Shown here one piece after another: positions 26,653 to 39,628 of a DNA stretch of 64,000 nucleotides (position 1 is the stretch's first letter; each line of letters begins with the position of its first letter). The notes under the pieces were generated by a model, which worked only from the letters and a program-made list of their open reading frames with translations, searched no databases and was not told where the DNA came from. Source of the stretch: Chara braunii (Eukaryota > Plantae > Charophyceae); the NCBI GenBank assembly GCA_003427395.1, contig BFEA01000012.1, positions 1,629,216 through 1,693,215 on the forward strand, given 5' to 3'. Both the position numbers and the translations under genes were made by a program.

Positions 26653-28010
26653 AAAAAAAAAAGAGGAGGCGGAGTAGGACGACGGCGACGATGAACGACG
26701 ATGACGAGAAGGAGGTGGAGGACTAGGAGAAGGAAGAAAATGAGGAGAAGGAGAAGAAGGGGGAGGCGGAGGAAATGGACGGAAAGGAGGAGGACGAGGA
26801 GAAGAAGATGGAGGGAAAGAAGGAGGAGGAGAGCGATGAGAGAGACATGGAGGAGGAGGAGGGTACGCACATGCACGGGGGTTGGAAGACATGTCAGGTG
26901 GTGGCCATTGGCTCGTGATTTCGGCAACGTCCAAACGTCGCGTGCGACGGTACAATGCGCAATTCAAATTCGAATTTGGCCCGATCTGGGTTGTAGATCT
27001 CTTAAATTTGAAGGTCAAGAGCGTTTTTTTTTTGTTATTATTTTCGGAATCCCTACCGGCCTCACAAAAATGACCCGTCCTTCCCAGGGTACTTCGTACC
27101 CAAAATCCCACCCTCGTAGGCCAAAAACCCGTAAAAACCCCTACACCAATTTTTTTTACCCGCCCTAATTGAGCAGGTCATTTTCGTTTTCATTTTCGGA
27201 GGCCCTATCAACCTTACAAAAGTGGCCCATCATTCCCAGGGGTACTTCATACCCGAAATCTCATCCCCAAAGGCCCAAAACCCCTAAAAACCCCTACACC
27301 AATTTTTTAACCACGCCGGCACTGGGCCCAGCTCTGACGAAAGAGAAAATTTTCCGATCGGACCACCCGGAGCCAAAAAGAGCCGTGGACGTTCGAACTG
27401 GTAACCTAGAAAAAAATGGAAAGCACTTTCGTTAAACAAGTAGGCTTCCCAAATTTATACTAAGTTAGATATAATATGAAGACAAAAGCTTTTTTTGCAA
27501 AGGTTAATTTATATAGAGTTCAATATCAATCCCAAAACTAATTTTGGCTTCAGTAGTCTAACTTTGTCTCCCTGATTTAGTAAAAATTAAAAAAACACTT
27601 ATCTTAGCAGAATAGACTTCCAAGATATTAACTAAGTCAGATATATAGTTAGAACAAGGTTGACTTTTGCAAAGATAAAATTTTGGGTAACTCCCTGGAT
27701 TTGTAGAAATTTGGGTAGCACTTCCTCCAACGGAAGTCTTTTTCCTAAATTTATACAAAACTAGAGATGAAGTTAGAACAAGTGAACTTTAAAAAAAATA
27801 AAAATTGAACTAACTCTTATGACACCAGCATATGACGGTCATCTAAAGCTACTACCTATAAAAAAAATAACTCAAACTAGACTCACAGTCAACGCAGACG
27901 CATGCAACCAAGGTAAGTCTCTCACAAAAAATCTCAAGTAGTTTACAGATAAGATAGTTCACTGATTTTCCAAATGATGACCCTTTTACCCATCTTACAT
28001 ATGACATGAT

Positions 28011-28668
28011 GCTAGACCATTCTGCTTAAAAACAGTATCCAACATTCCTCAGGTTATACACGAACAGGTTGCACAAGTACTTCTCTCTTCTCTGGATATA
28101 TGTTTATACCATTATACTTAAAAAACAATGCCTAGTCGTTCTGAATTATTTAAATATCTTAAATTTAAATAATTATTTGACTTGTGTTCTGATATAGGCA
28201 CCAGACTAATCATTCTGCTTATAAACAATATCCAGTTGTATGTTCACGTGTATATATTATTAAGTGTTTCCAACGTATACTCAGTTTCTACTTAGTGCGT
28301 GGCTTCAGACGAAAACCATTCTGCTTAGAAACAATGCTTAGCCTTTCATAATCATCTTCCTTTATAATAAAGCAAAAAGCGAACCATTATCCTTAGAAAC
28401 AATGTTCAACCTCTCTCTAAGTCACATAAAACATGGAGTTGGACTATTCTGCTTAGAACAATGACCAATTTCAGTCAGAAAACCCAAAAAAAAATAGTAG
28501 ACCGAACCATTCTGCATAGAACAATGCTTGGCCTCATAAATCAGACAGGCAAACCCTAAAAAATAAACATAGCAATCAAACCATTTTTCTTATAAAACAA
28601 TGTCTTGTCCTTCAAAAATAAATAAGAAACATAACATTAGACCATTCTGCTTTGAAACAATGCCCATC
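28011..28668. repeat. repeat-spacer array A: 9 copies of a ~22-nt core ACCATTCTGCTTAGAAACAATG with non-repetitive spacers
   Basis: Cores start at 28016, 28108, 28209, 28315, 28383, 28443, 28506, 28580 and 28641. Confidence 0.88.
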
Positions 28669-28705
28669 TTTTTATTGACCCTGTCAGATGCATGCAATAC
28701 CACCT

Positions 28706-29193
28706 TCAACGGAAAAAATTCCCTGAATTAAATAATGATTCTATAGTAAAATTAAATTTAAATTTTAAATTTTTATTCCATCTTAAAAAATACCATTCCA
28801 ATTTTTAAATTTTTCGTCTTACTTGCAAACTTTGATTCCAAGAATGGGTATCCCTTCTTATTTGGACTGCATGCTAGAAATGGAATGAAAGTTTCGATGT
28901 GTTCACGAAATATTTTAATTTGACTGTCATTCTAAGTAAGGATTTTCAGTCATAATTGTAGTGGAATGAAAATTTAATTAAAACATTTCATAAACTCATC
29001 CAGACTTCCATTCCCTCTTCAACAAGTAGATGTCGGTGGAAAGGAAAACTCAAATTTAGACAAGAACTTATCAAATAAAACTGAAAATTTTAAAATTTGA
29101 CGAACATTGGAATTATAATTTATAAATATGGAGGATTTTTTTTTTTATCGAATGTTTTTTAAACTTTCATTTCTTGTGAGAATTTTGATGTTG
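28706..29193. mobile_element. AT-rich MITE, copy 2 (inverted relative to 24654-25183)
   Basis: Reverse-complement match along its length, e.g. CCAAGAATGGGTATCCCTTCTTATTTG versus CAAATAAGAAGGGATACCCATTCTTGG. Confidence 0.8.
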
Positions 29194-29907
29194 TTCCCTC
29201 AGTTCATCCCTTAGTCTGAGTTTTAAACCATAAAACAAAATTAAAATGCATACATGCATTTTTTTTGCTTAATCTGATTGGGTTCTAAAAAGAAAGTAAT
29301 TGTTAGGGTGTATTATTCAGACCAAAGAGATGTACTCATAAAGGTTTAGTGGACACATATAGAGATAGCGCTTGTTACTGGACAACTCTCAGTCTTCATA
29401 ACATTGCCTAGGTTCCAACAGAACTCTCGCAATCAGTGGGTCGAAGTTGTTGCACGCCCAGCCTCGGCCGGGGGGTCCGAGTCGGCCGCGGCCTAGGCCG
29501 ATGACCGAATCAGCCCGGTTCGGCCCAAGCAGACCTGCCGAGTTCGGTGCATTATTTTTTTTTTCCATCTTTTACGTGTAAAAAAATAAAATAAAATATG
29601 GGCGTGTAGGGCTTGAAAAGCCTTACACGCCCATATTTTGTTTTTGGGTGTCCGACCTTCGGCGTGGCGCAAAAAAAAGCAAAAATAGAAAAAAAAAAAA
29701 AAAAAGGCCCGGCGGGCCATTTTGGCCCTGTTTCGGTGCGAGCGAGTGAGGGGCATCGTGTGGGTAGTGGGCAGTGTGGGGAGGGCGGTGGGTCCATGCC
29801 CAGACCACGGCAAAAATATTATCGTTTTAGATAAATGCTGCCATTTATCTAAAACGACAACAGTTGTTGCTGTTGCCGTTATGCTGCCGAAATGCCTGCT
29901 CACCACT

Positions 29908-29978
<71 letters not shown>

Positions 29979-29995
29979 AGAGAGAGACACCAGAA

Positions 29996-30053
<58 letters not shown>
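29908..30053. repeat. (GA)n microsatellite inside the hAT 5' region
   Basis: Interrupted GA run. Confidence 0.95.
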
Positions 30054-30057
<4 letters not shown>

Positions 30058-30317
30058 TCTTCTTCTTTTTCTTCTTCTTTTTCTTTCTGTGCACCCTGCG
30101 GCGGCGCGCACCGCGCGAGCACGCGGGACAGCGGCCGCTGCACGGCCGTCGCCATCGCCGCTCGCGTGTTCCAGAAGCACGCGGCCTTTTTAGTGCCCGG
30201 CCACGGCCGAACTCAGCCGAACGCGTCCGGGCACGGCCGAACGTGGCCGATCGAGGCCGAACGCGGGCAACGGCGGCCGGGCAAAGTTGCCCGCCTCGGA
30301 CCGTGACCTAGCACGAC

Positions 30318-33300
30318 ATGGAGGGGACAAGGCGGCAGGAGCGGCGGGGACGTGAGGGTGCGGTGACATTGAGGGGATCCAACATCGACGGTGCGGCATG
30401 GTCAGACGACATCCAAGATCAAGGCCACGACTTGTTGGATCCTGGTGGGGGGTTGATGACGGGGGGTGCAGGGAGCAGCATTGCGGGGGGGTCTGGGGGT
30501 GCCCAATTCAACCCGCTGTCCGAGAAGGAGATGGCGAAGTTGAGGCGAGGGAACATTGTTTGGAACTTCGTCACCGCGGGACAGTACGTCGGGGACCAAT
30601 CCAAGATGCACGGGGACCGAAAGTTGCGTTGCAACTTATGCGGCCACCTGTTTCAGGGGGGGTTGTCGAAGGGCGCGCGTCATTTTATGCAGTCGAAGTT
30701 CTGCGAGGCTAAGGGGATGAGAGTTCTCGCGGAACTCTGGAACAACACGGACTACACATTTGTGTCGTTCAGTGCTCAGCAGGTGCAGAGGTGGATGGCA
30801 GACGAGGGCGCCCGCGGGTGGCCAGAGATAGCGGATGGACGACGCAGAGAGGGACGACATTCAGGACGCCCTCGATGAGGAGGGCTGCGAGGGTGGGGCC
30901 AGGGAGGGGACGGTTGTAGACGTGGCAGACGAGGCAGTCGGAGAGCCTAACCTGCCAGGGGAGGAGGTGGTGATGACGTCGAGAGGAGTCGGTGGAGCGA
31001 GTCCTGCTACTAGGGCGCCGCGAGCTGAGGTGGAGCGCGTGAGGAAGGAGAAGAGGACAGTGGGGCAGGCTGGTGTCGAAGTGCTAGACATGGGCAGGGA
31101 GAAGAGGGTTCAACAGACCACGATTGACGAGATGTATGCCAGGGAGAAGTTGGCCGAGTTCACAGACGCGTGGCTTCAGTGGATCTACGTGAAGAAGTTG
31201 CCATTCAACGCCTTCCGTGGTCCGGAGTTCCAGAGGGTGCGGCAGGCAGCAGAGAGAGTGCCTCGCTCTATCCAGTTCCGGTTTTCCTCCTACAGGGTTA
31301 AAGCGGGCGCCGGTATCCCTTCGCAGAGGGCGAAGGTGGCGACGATGGTGAGCGAGGTGCGCGCCACTTTCCGGCACAGCGGTGCCACTATCCTTTCTGG
31401 CGGGAGGAAGTCGCGCAGCGGCAAGCCGTTCGTGAACTTCCTCGCCGGGGATGCTAACGACGCCCTGCTATATGCCACCGTCGCACGTGACAGGTCGGTC
31501 CGAGACACAGTGGACGTCGTGTACCGTAGGTGGCAGGCCATCATCTTGTCCTTTCCTGCAAAGAACGTGATCGGCTTCTGCACAGACTCCGCTAGTAACT
31601 ATGCGGCCGCAGCGCGCAGGTTCGCCACAGACCCCGAGCCTGAGATCAGGAGGATCACTTGGCTCCCCTGCTCCACCCATGTCTGCAACTTGATGTTGTC
31701 AGATATCGGGACGCGAGTGGTATGGGTCAAGGAGACCATCATCCGCGCTCGAGCGCTTGTGTGGTTTCTTAAATCGCATGGCGCTGCTCACACCCTTTTT
31801 AGGAAGGTAAGCCCTCGCGTTCAGCTCGTCGAGCCCGTTGAGACACGGTTTGCATCGGTTTTCCTGATGCTGACATGTCTCAAAGGCCGACGAGACGCGT
31901 TGCAGAGCATGTTGCACGGGGATGCTTGGGCACGCATCCCGTGGGATCGTGCCCACGTATCTCAGGCGCAGTGGGTGCAACAGCAGATCTGGGATGGGGA
32001 GTTTTGGCAGCGTGTCCATTACGCCATCCTAGTCATGTTGCCCGTCCACCAGCTGCTGCGCAGATGTCCGTCGTTTACGAGTGGAGTCAGCATCTACTGC
32101 AGTTGATGGGCAGGGTCGACGTACCGACGGACATGATCGAGCCGTGCGTGCATGAGGTTGCCATCCGCAACCTCCACATGCTAGAGCCCGCACATGCCGC
32201 GGCCCACCTCCTCAACCCTCGTCGACGGTCCCTCACGTATTACCATTCGATGGAGACGACCACCGACGACTGCCATGTGGTCGAGGAGTGCGACAGATTT
32301 TTCCTGGCGCAGACCGGCATCGATCCGGTCGGCTTATTGTACAGGACCGTGAGGGACCAGATGAGGGCGTTCAACTCGAGGCGAGGGGATTGGGGAGATC
32401 GTGACCTCTCCGATGCCGAGGCGGCCGATTGCAGGGGGGACAGTGAGACCGAGCGATGTGCAGCGTGGTGGTTCGAGCATGGACGTGCCCACCCGGAGTT
32501 GCGCACCATCGCCATCCGTGTCATGAACTTGTGGACGACTGCCTCTCCAGCGGAGAGGAACTGGGCGGAGCACGAGCGCGTCAGCACCGCAAGGCACTGC
32601 AAGCTTGGGTTCGCCAAGCTTGCACAGCTGGTTGAGATTGCCAGCAATCTCAAACTAGCCTCGTGCGCACAGCAGGGTGGTGGCTACGTGTTGCCATGGG
32701 TTATGGGGACCGTTCGGGGGGGGACGGCGGCAGAGGAGGAGGATGAGGAGGGACATGTGGAGCCCGAGGTGTGGGGAGCGCGACCTGATGGCAGTGTTCT
32801 CGAGCAGGAGATCCAGCGACAGATTGTCGCTTTCCGTGACTGCCGACCGACCAGAGCCCGTTCGGTTCGGGACGTGTTCGACAGCAGAGCGACGGAGCTG
32901 CGACCGTGGCCGGAGGGTGGGGATGATGTGGACGCTGCTGCGGCAGACGACGACATCGACAAGAACTGGACTGACGATGATGACAGACCGCTGAGTCACG
33001 ACCCGACGGCTGAGCGAGTGTACTTCACTTATGGTGGGGGTCGTGACGGCATGGATTCACACACATCAATTATCACTGGTGGTGTGCCGTCAACCGCGCA
33101 GGCGAGTGGCAGCGCAGAGCCGACGGTGGTCTTGGAGGACGTTCGCATGCGGAGGTTCGCATGGACGACTCGGGGGAGCAGCAGCCACGGGGAAATCTTT
33201 GGCACACAAGCAGGCGTTGGGAGGTTAGGACCGATAGCGAGGCCGAGGGGGAGGCCGAGGATGAGGAGGTGCCCCTTCACGATCGTCGCTTCTCTCCCTC

Positions 33301-35073
33301 CCATTATCCGATCTTTGCACAGCCCGAGGCACTTAGGCGTTCGGAGAGGTTGGCGTCGGCAGCAGGCAGAGACCGGACACATGACGGCGAGCATCGTGGG
33401 GGGGAGAGGACTCCTTCCGACGCTGGTATCCGCCCTTGCTCGCCGTCGGTGCTCCGCACACAGGACTTCGAGGACATAGGGCTTGGTGGGAGCTTGGGAG
33501 ATTTGAGTGTCGAGGGACGTCGACGTGCCTCACCGCAGGATGTGCGCACAGACGCGGGCGTTGAGCGGGGCCCTGTTGAGACTGAGGAGGAGAGGGATGC
33601 CCGTTTGGACCGAGAGGAGGAGGAGCGGCTGAGGAGTTTGCCACAGTGGGAGGGTCGGTTCACGTATCTTGACGAGCAGCGTTGGCAGAGGGACTTGGAG
33701 ACAGGAGTGGGGGAGAACCGTGACGTCGACGACTCGGGTGTCCCTGAGGAGGCGGTTCAGGGGGAGTTCGATTATGAGGGGCAGGATGTTGCCGCGGGTG
33801 GTGGGTCAGGTGGTGGACGACGTGGCGACAAGGAGACCGCGGGTGTCCCTGAGGGGCAGGATGTTGTCATGGGCGGTGGATCCCCTAGTGGGGGCCGTGG
33901 CGACAGCGAGACCGCGGGTGATGAGGGACAGGGTGCCGCAGTGTGCGCCAGAGGAGAGGGTCGGGAGATGGGGACACCGTGGGTGTTGGTGGAGACGATG
34001 GACCGACTGGCGACGATGACAACGACCACGGTCCCGTGGACGATCCGTATAGGCTCGCCTTGGTGTTGAAGGATCTCACAGTGCCTCCATTGCGCCCTGC
34101 CGACACAGCGCACACTTTCTTCGACGCTGACGCTTTGGCACATGCGTTGAAGGATGACCCTTTCGCACACGTGAGCCACAAGAGCGGCAAGCAGCGGGCC
34201 CCTGGGACGGTATATTCACCGCCGCCGTTCACAGTGCAGAGCCCTCACTGGTCGGGTTCGTTGCTCAACGGGGTTAGAGGGAGGGAGTCCGGTGCGGGTG
34301 AGGTGGGGTCCGGCAGACGCAGCGACGACGACAGAGATAGTGCATGATCGATGCCTCCACCGCCCGCACGGACTCCGGAGGCCAGGGTCGACACCGGGGA
34401 CCGGACGGTGGCACCCGGAGTTGCGCGCAGTGGCGGTTCCCCACCGCGAGTCCGAGGAGGTGTGAGTGGCGGATGGTCAGCTGTTCGTCGGGTCGGGGAA
34501 TGGTTTCGGGCGGATTACGACGCCGGGAGGGGCGTCTTCACGGGACGTACGCCTGTTCAGACGCAGGCTGCTGAGGGTGGGTCCGGACGCCCGAGCCTGC
34601 AGATGGCAGGCCGCATGCTTGGTTTGTCACGAGCGGAGACGAGGAGGACATTGGTCCTCGAGGCCGCAGGGACATCCACGGACAGGCTGCGGGGAGAGCA
34701 GTTCACATCGGGCGAGGAGGGGTTGTCGATGCGTCCCGGGACTAGACGACAGCATGGCCTCTCGGAGGTTGAGGCTCGACTTGCTGCAGGGGTCGCCGCT
34801 GGGCAGGCAGCATTGGACGCGATTTAGAGGGAGAGAGAGAGGGGGATTGCTGCACAGGCGGAGGAGGACGAGGACGCCAACACTGAGTCCGAGCCGATCG
34901 AGACTGCGACACGCAGACACAGGGCACAGGTGGCCGTGGCGGCCGCTGCGGCACATGCGGCATACGCCAGGGGGGCAAGGGGAACAGATGCCGGAGGAAG
35001 AGGAGGGCGCTGGGGAGGACCGCATGGCCGCACGTCCTTCGGGAGAGGCCGCGCGCGCTCTGGTGGGAGGTGA
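30318..35073 (+). pseudogene. hAT transposase (BED finger, DUF659-type core, dimerisation domain) with a long low-complexity tail; frameshifted
   Basis: WNFV...CNLCGHLFQGG...HF (BED finger); CTDSASNY; WLPCSTHVCNLML; ETRFASVFLML; WWFEHG..PELRTIAIRV...SPAERNW. Frameshifts near 30810, 32065 and later. The first catalytic Asp position reads SGG instead of SDG. Confidence 0.92.
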
Positions 35074-38000
35074 AGACGTTTGTGGTGTTTTTTGCTACTC
35101 CGTTGTACAGTAGAGACGACGCCCGTCGACGGGTCCAGTTTTTTTTTTCTACTCTATTGTGTAGCAGAGACGATGGGTCCAATTTTTTTTCCCTACGCAG
35201 TTATACATTAGGGTTTTTATTTATTTTTTTCGTACTCGGTTTTCATTAGAGACAATGTGGACATTAGGGTTTTCATCTTTTTTTTTCCTACTCGGTTGTA
35301 TAGTAGAGACGACGCCCGTCGACGGGTCCAATTTTTTTTTGCTACTCTGTTGTGTAGCAGAGACGATGAGTCCAATTTCTTTTTGCTACTTGGTTGTACA
35401 GTAGAGACTACGGGTCCAGTTTTTGGCTTCAGCCTTGTACATACGCATTTCCATTGAATGCTTTGTCATATATTTGCTCTTGTTTTTCTTCCTCTGCCAA
35501 CATTGGTCTTGCATCTGAGTCGCTATTGTCTGGTGATTGTTTTCTACTCTGTTGTCGTGATTGTTGCAAATTATGTGCTTCTCCGATGCCACGCACGTGC
35601 ATATTATGGATGCCTCCATTATGAAGGTGCTATTATTTTCATATGCGACATAGGGATGGCGTGCTAATAAATGTGTTCTTACATAAATGATGTGCTAATG
35701 AATGTCCATCAGTCTCCTGAGTGAACACACACTATGACACACTTGCCTGTTATCATTGTTTGAAACTTGTGGTTCGCCGCACTGTGATTGATTTTCAATG
35801 TGTTTTGACATTGGTATGGCAAACAAGGTCTGACTTATGATTGTCAAATTTGCCATGAATGGGTTGTTTTCAAGTAAGCCACGAACTGTCATCGCCCTCA
35901 TTAATGAAACTGACACCTACCTTTCAGTGCGTGAGGCCCTGATCCGCCTGGGGTCTGCCATCTGCAGCCCCGTCTAGCTTCGACCCGGTCTGGCCGCACA
36001 GCCCGCCCCAACCAGGCCCTTATCCAACCCACATTGGGCCGCCCCCGCAGGGNNNNNNNNNNNNNNNNNNNNNNNNNNNNNNNNNNNNNNNNNNNNNNNN
36101 NNNNNNNNNNNNNNNNNNNNNNNNNNNNNNNNNNNNNNNNNNNNNNNNNNNNNNNNNNNNNNNNNNNNNNNNNNNNNNNNNNNNNNNNNNNNNNNNNNNN
36201 NNNNNNNNNNNNNNNNNNNNNNNNNNNNNNNNNNNNNNNNNNNNNNNNNNNNNNNNNNNNNNNNNNNNNNNNNNNNNNNNNNNNNNNNNNNNNNNNNNNN
36301 NNNNNNNNNNNNNNNNCTAGGGCCGCTGGATTTTTCACGGGCCACCCTTCTAGGGTCTTGTGCAGGACCCCCCCCGTGTTTTTTTTTTTGACGCCCTATC
36401 ACTTTGAGGGGTTGGCCCCCTACCCCCCCACCCCAAACATGCTCCCAGCTTCGAAAACGGCCCCCAGATCGACCGACACCGAAGACGAAAAAACTCGGCC
36501 GGGCCGGCCGCGGCCGGAGGGGTCCCGGCCTAGGCCGCCGGCCGTGGCCTGGACCTACCTCGGCCGCAGTCAGCGTGCAACATAGGGTCAAACCTCCCAG
36601 AGAGGCCTTGACACAGATTATGGGTTTTCAATCCCGCATGCCGTTTTCCTCTCGTAACCAATAAAATTAGACTGAGACCGAACATGATGGAAAGAGAAGC
36701 ATCAAGTCACTTAGATTCAGGAAGGGTACACCCACACTTGCGTGAGACAACCTTGAAATCTGAATGTGCTTGAGGGTCCCGCAATGGCAGCAAATACATG
36801 CAGCCGAATGGTCAAACCTCGACCAAAACGTAGAGAAATAACACTCTGACCGACCTTCAAGTCGCAGTGATAACCCTTTTGCAGAGCCTGACCACTCACT
36901 CATGCTACACCGTCGTTCCTCCTGACCAACCCGCCGCTACGCGACATAAACTACGACGTTCGAATAAAGCACATCCCCGTGCTTGATTCGAATATGTGCT
37001 ATGACGAGCCCAACAGAGCAAAAGAAAAAAGTCACCACGACAATGTTTAATAGCAATGCGCATCATCAACATACCGCGACGAAAGACGAAAGATTCAACA
37101 CTAAGCAGCCACGACCTGAAAAGAAACAGCAGCCGAGTTACAGATGTAACACCAGGTCACGAAATCAACAGCGTGAGATCTTCAAAATAGAAGCAATAAC
37201 GACTTGAAGGTCAACTATAACCACAACAAGCTGAACTTCAATACCTTTTGCAACACCAAGCTCAGTTGTAACACCAACATTCCGTATACTGATTAACAGC
37301 TATGAGCAAAAGTAGCCCGTCAAGTCCACCTCCGTATTCAAGCAGCATCGGTTGTTTCTCACACACACCGGGAGCAGCGCCTCAAATGGCCACGCTAGTC
37401 CAGATTCCAAAGTACGCATGTTATTTCCTGCCCGACGATGCAAGCCGTAATTCAAGATATACAAGTTGAGCCCCGGGAACACAGTCTTGACGTAAAAGAA
37501 ACAACAAAACGCAATTAATAAAATTCCAGAGTTGTAGAAACTTAGTAAAAATCATACACTCGAAATTCTCGAATGCTGCTTAGAAAACAAAAATGCATCG
37601 AACTCAACTGTCAACGGATGCATGCATTCGCCACCACCAATAATGCAATTGAAGTTCTTTCTTCCATCGGCGTTTAGCACTTAGACTATGGTTACACAAC
37701 TACTCCATTGCAAACCACTAAATAATGAAATAACCAGATGACATTACCAGCAACAACCAGACTACATGCAAATATCGCACATATAGACTACCGCCAAGAC
37801 CGGGTACGCGCCCTCCTCTTTCTTTTTCTCCCTTGACTATTCCTTCCTTGTCGCTAAGACCTGGTATGTACCTTCCTCTTTCTTTTTCTCCCTCGAATAT
37901 CCCTTTGGCAGCACTTCCCTATATATCCTTATGATCTTTCGGCAACACTTCCCTTTATATCACCCGCGGCTGTAGTCGTGGGGTCAAACTCAGATATCTG

Positions 38001-38176
38001 TCGTGAGACCGGCTACCGCAGCTCCGACTGAGGTTGGATGCGGCTGTGACTTTCAATAATTTTGTTATACCTAAAAACATTATTAAAAATATATATATAT
38101 ATATATCGTCACAAACAGAACTGCCCGGTAAAACCGTAGGCAGAGAGAGAGAAGAGGACAACAAACGAGGGGCTGT

Positions 38177-38220
38177 GACAAAGTGTTTCGTCGGAGTTTC
38201 ACCAACTCATCAGGAGGCTA
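38177..38220 (-). ncRNA. truncated type I hammerhead ribozyme core
   Basis: Minus strand CTGATGA-GTTGG-TGAAACT-CCGAC-GAAAC-ACTTT-GTC. Core boxes and 5-bp stem II are intact; the 3' strand of stem I is missing. Confidence 0.55.
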
Positions 38221-38446
38221 TATATGATGTGCTACATTGCGAATTTTCTTTTTTTTTTTCTTTGTCTTTAAATTTTAAAAATTAAAAACTTAATTTTTCA
38301 GCGGAAAAGTTTTTTTTTTTTTTTCTTAATTATAAAACTTGTGTTTTTTTTTAATTTCCAATTCCGTAAAAATTTTGGATATAACCACAAGGCAAATGTT
38401 GTTCAATGTATTTTTCTACATAACATATTTGTTTTTCAAAATGTTT

Positions 38447-38495
<49 letters not shown>

Positions 38496-38762
38496 GTCGC
38501 AGGGTCGAGGCCTAGGTCGCAGCTGCCATCTCGGCCATGCATGGCCACCTGCGGGGGGAATTCATAGGCACTTCACATAGAGAAGTGTCATTCCAAAATT
38601 TATAAAAAGGTAAATATAAAATCTGAAGTAATATTGTCTTTTCAAAGTTTTTTTTTTTTTTTTTTAACTTCGTATACGGGGAACCTACTTAATGAGGTGA
38701 TAAGAGCGTCCCCAGTAAGAAGGCCCCAACGTTGAAGGCTCCATCTATTGGTGGGGAGCTAG

Positions 38763-39095
38763 TACAATGGTGTGAGTGTATGTGCTGGAAAACGGGTCCA
38801 ACGTCCCTATGCAGAATTATGTTATTATCTCCAATTATCTATGTATGCACGTGGAGCAGTATATGTCAGATGATGGGAATCCTATCCCTCTGATCTACAG
38901 AATCTGTACAGTGACAATGTGTCTGCTGGAAATCGGGTCCACCGTCCCTATACAATGGTGTGAGTGTATATGCTGGAAACCGGGTCCAGCGTCCCTATGC
39001 AGAACCGTTTTGATATCTCCACCAATCTATGTATGCACGTTGGGCAATATATGCAATATGATAGGAAAACCTATTCCTCTGACCTACAAAATCTT
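38763..39095. repeat. ~188-bp tandem duplication
   Basis: TACAATGGTGTGAGTGTAT.TGCTGGAAA..GGGTCCA.CGTCCCTATGCAGAA at 38763 and 38951, with a partial third unit at ~38920. Confidence 0.8.
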
Positions 39096-39628
39096 CAAAC
39101 TGAGGCATGGACCAGCGACCCTATATCAATCAAAATGTCATTACAAAACCGTTCTTAGGATATGGTGTGTGTAATCTTTATCCATCAAGCCTAAACACAC
39201 AGTTCTATCAATGATGAGGTATGATTGATCTGGACGACTAGTCTTGAATCCAGTATGCATAATCGTGTTATTGTGTGAGACTGTCAGGGACCCTTGATTA
39301 CTTCCCTACGCAAGGGAAGGGTTAACCTCCTTCAAGTTAATCCCTAAACAACCCATGTCCAACCCACGGGGTGATCAACACCTCATGCAAAATTGTTATT
39401 GCGGGTTGGGCAACAACCACCACCACCTACTATCCTACTCCCATCTTCTGCCAAACGATGAGGAGCAGTTCTATATCGAGGTTGGAGGGAGGGGAAATAA
39501 TAAACCATTTCTCCGTGTCAACTCCGACCTCCCTCCCCATCCTCTTGCGACATCATTCCCCTCATGCAAATAAAATTTTGAGATGCACGGATACCGCTCT
39601 CTACCCTACTGCTTCCACAGTCGTGATC

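Larger units (their letters stand above)
29446..36584 (+). mobile_element. hAT-superfamily DNA transposon, ~7.1 kb including an N gap
   Basis: TIR core TGTTGCACGC / GCGTGCAACA. 8-bp TSD GGGTCGAA (29438-45) / GGGTCAAA (36585-92). Subterminal CGGCCG-rich repeats at both ends and an internal transposase. Confidence 0.92.

Noticed and set aside
35205-35275. TTAGGGTTT telomere-like motifs (also 26046, 28551)
   Set aside because: Isolated single telo-box copies, not a telomeric array; not distinguishable from chance here.
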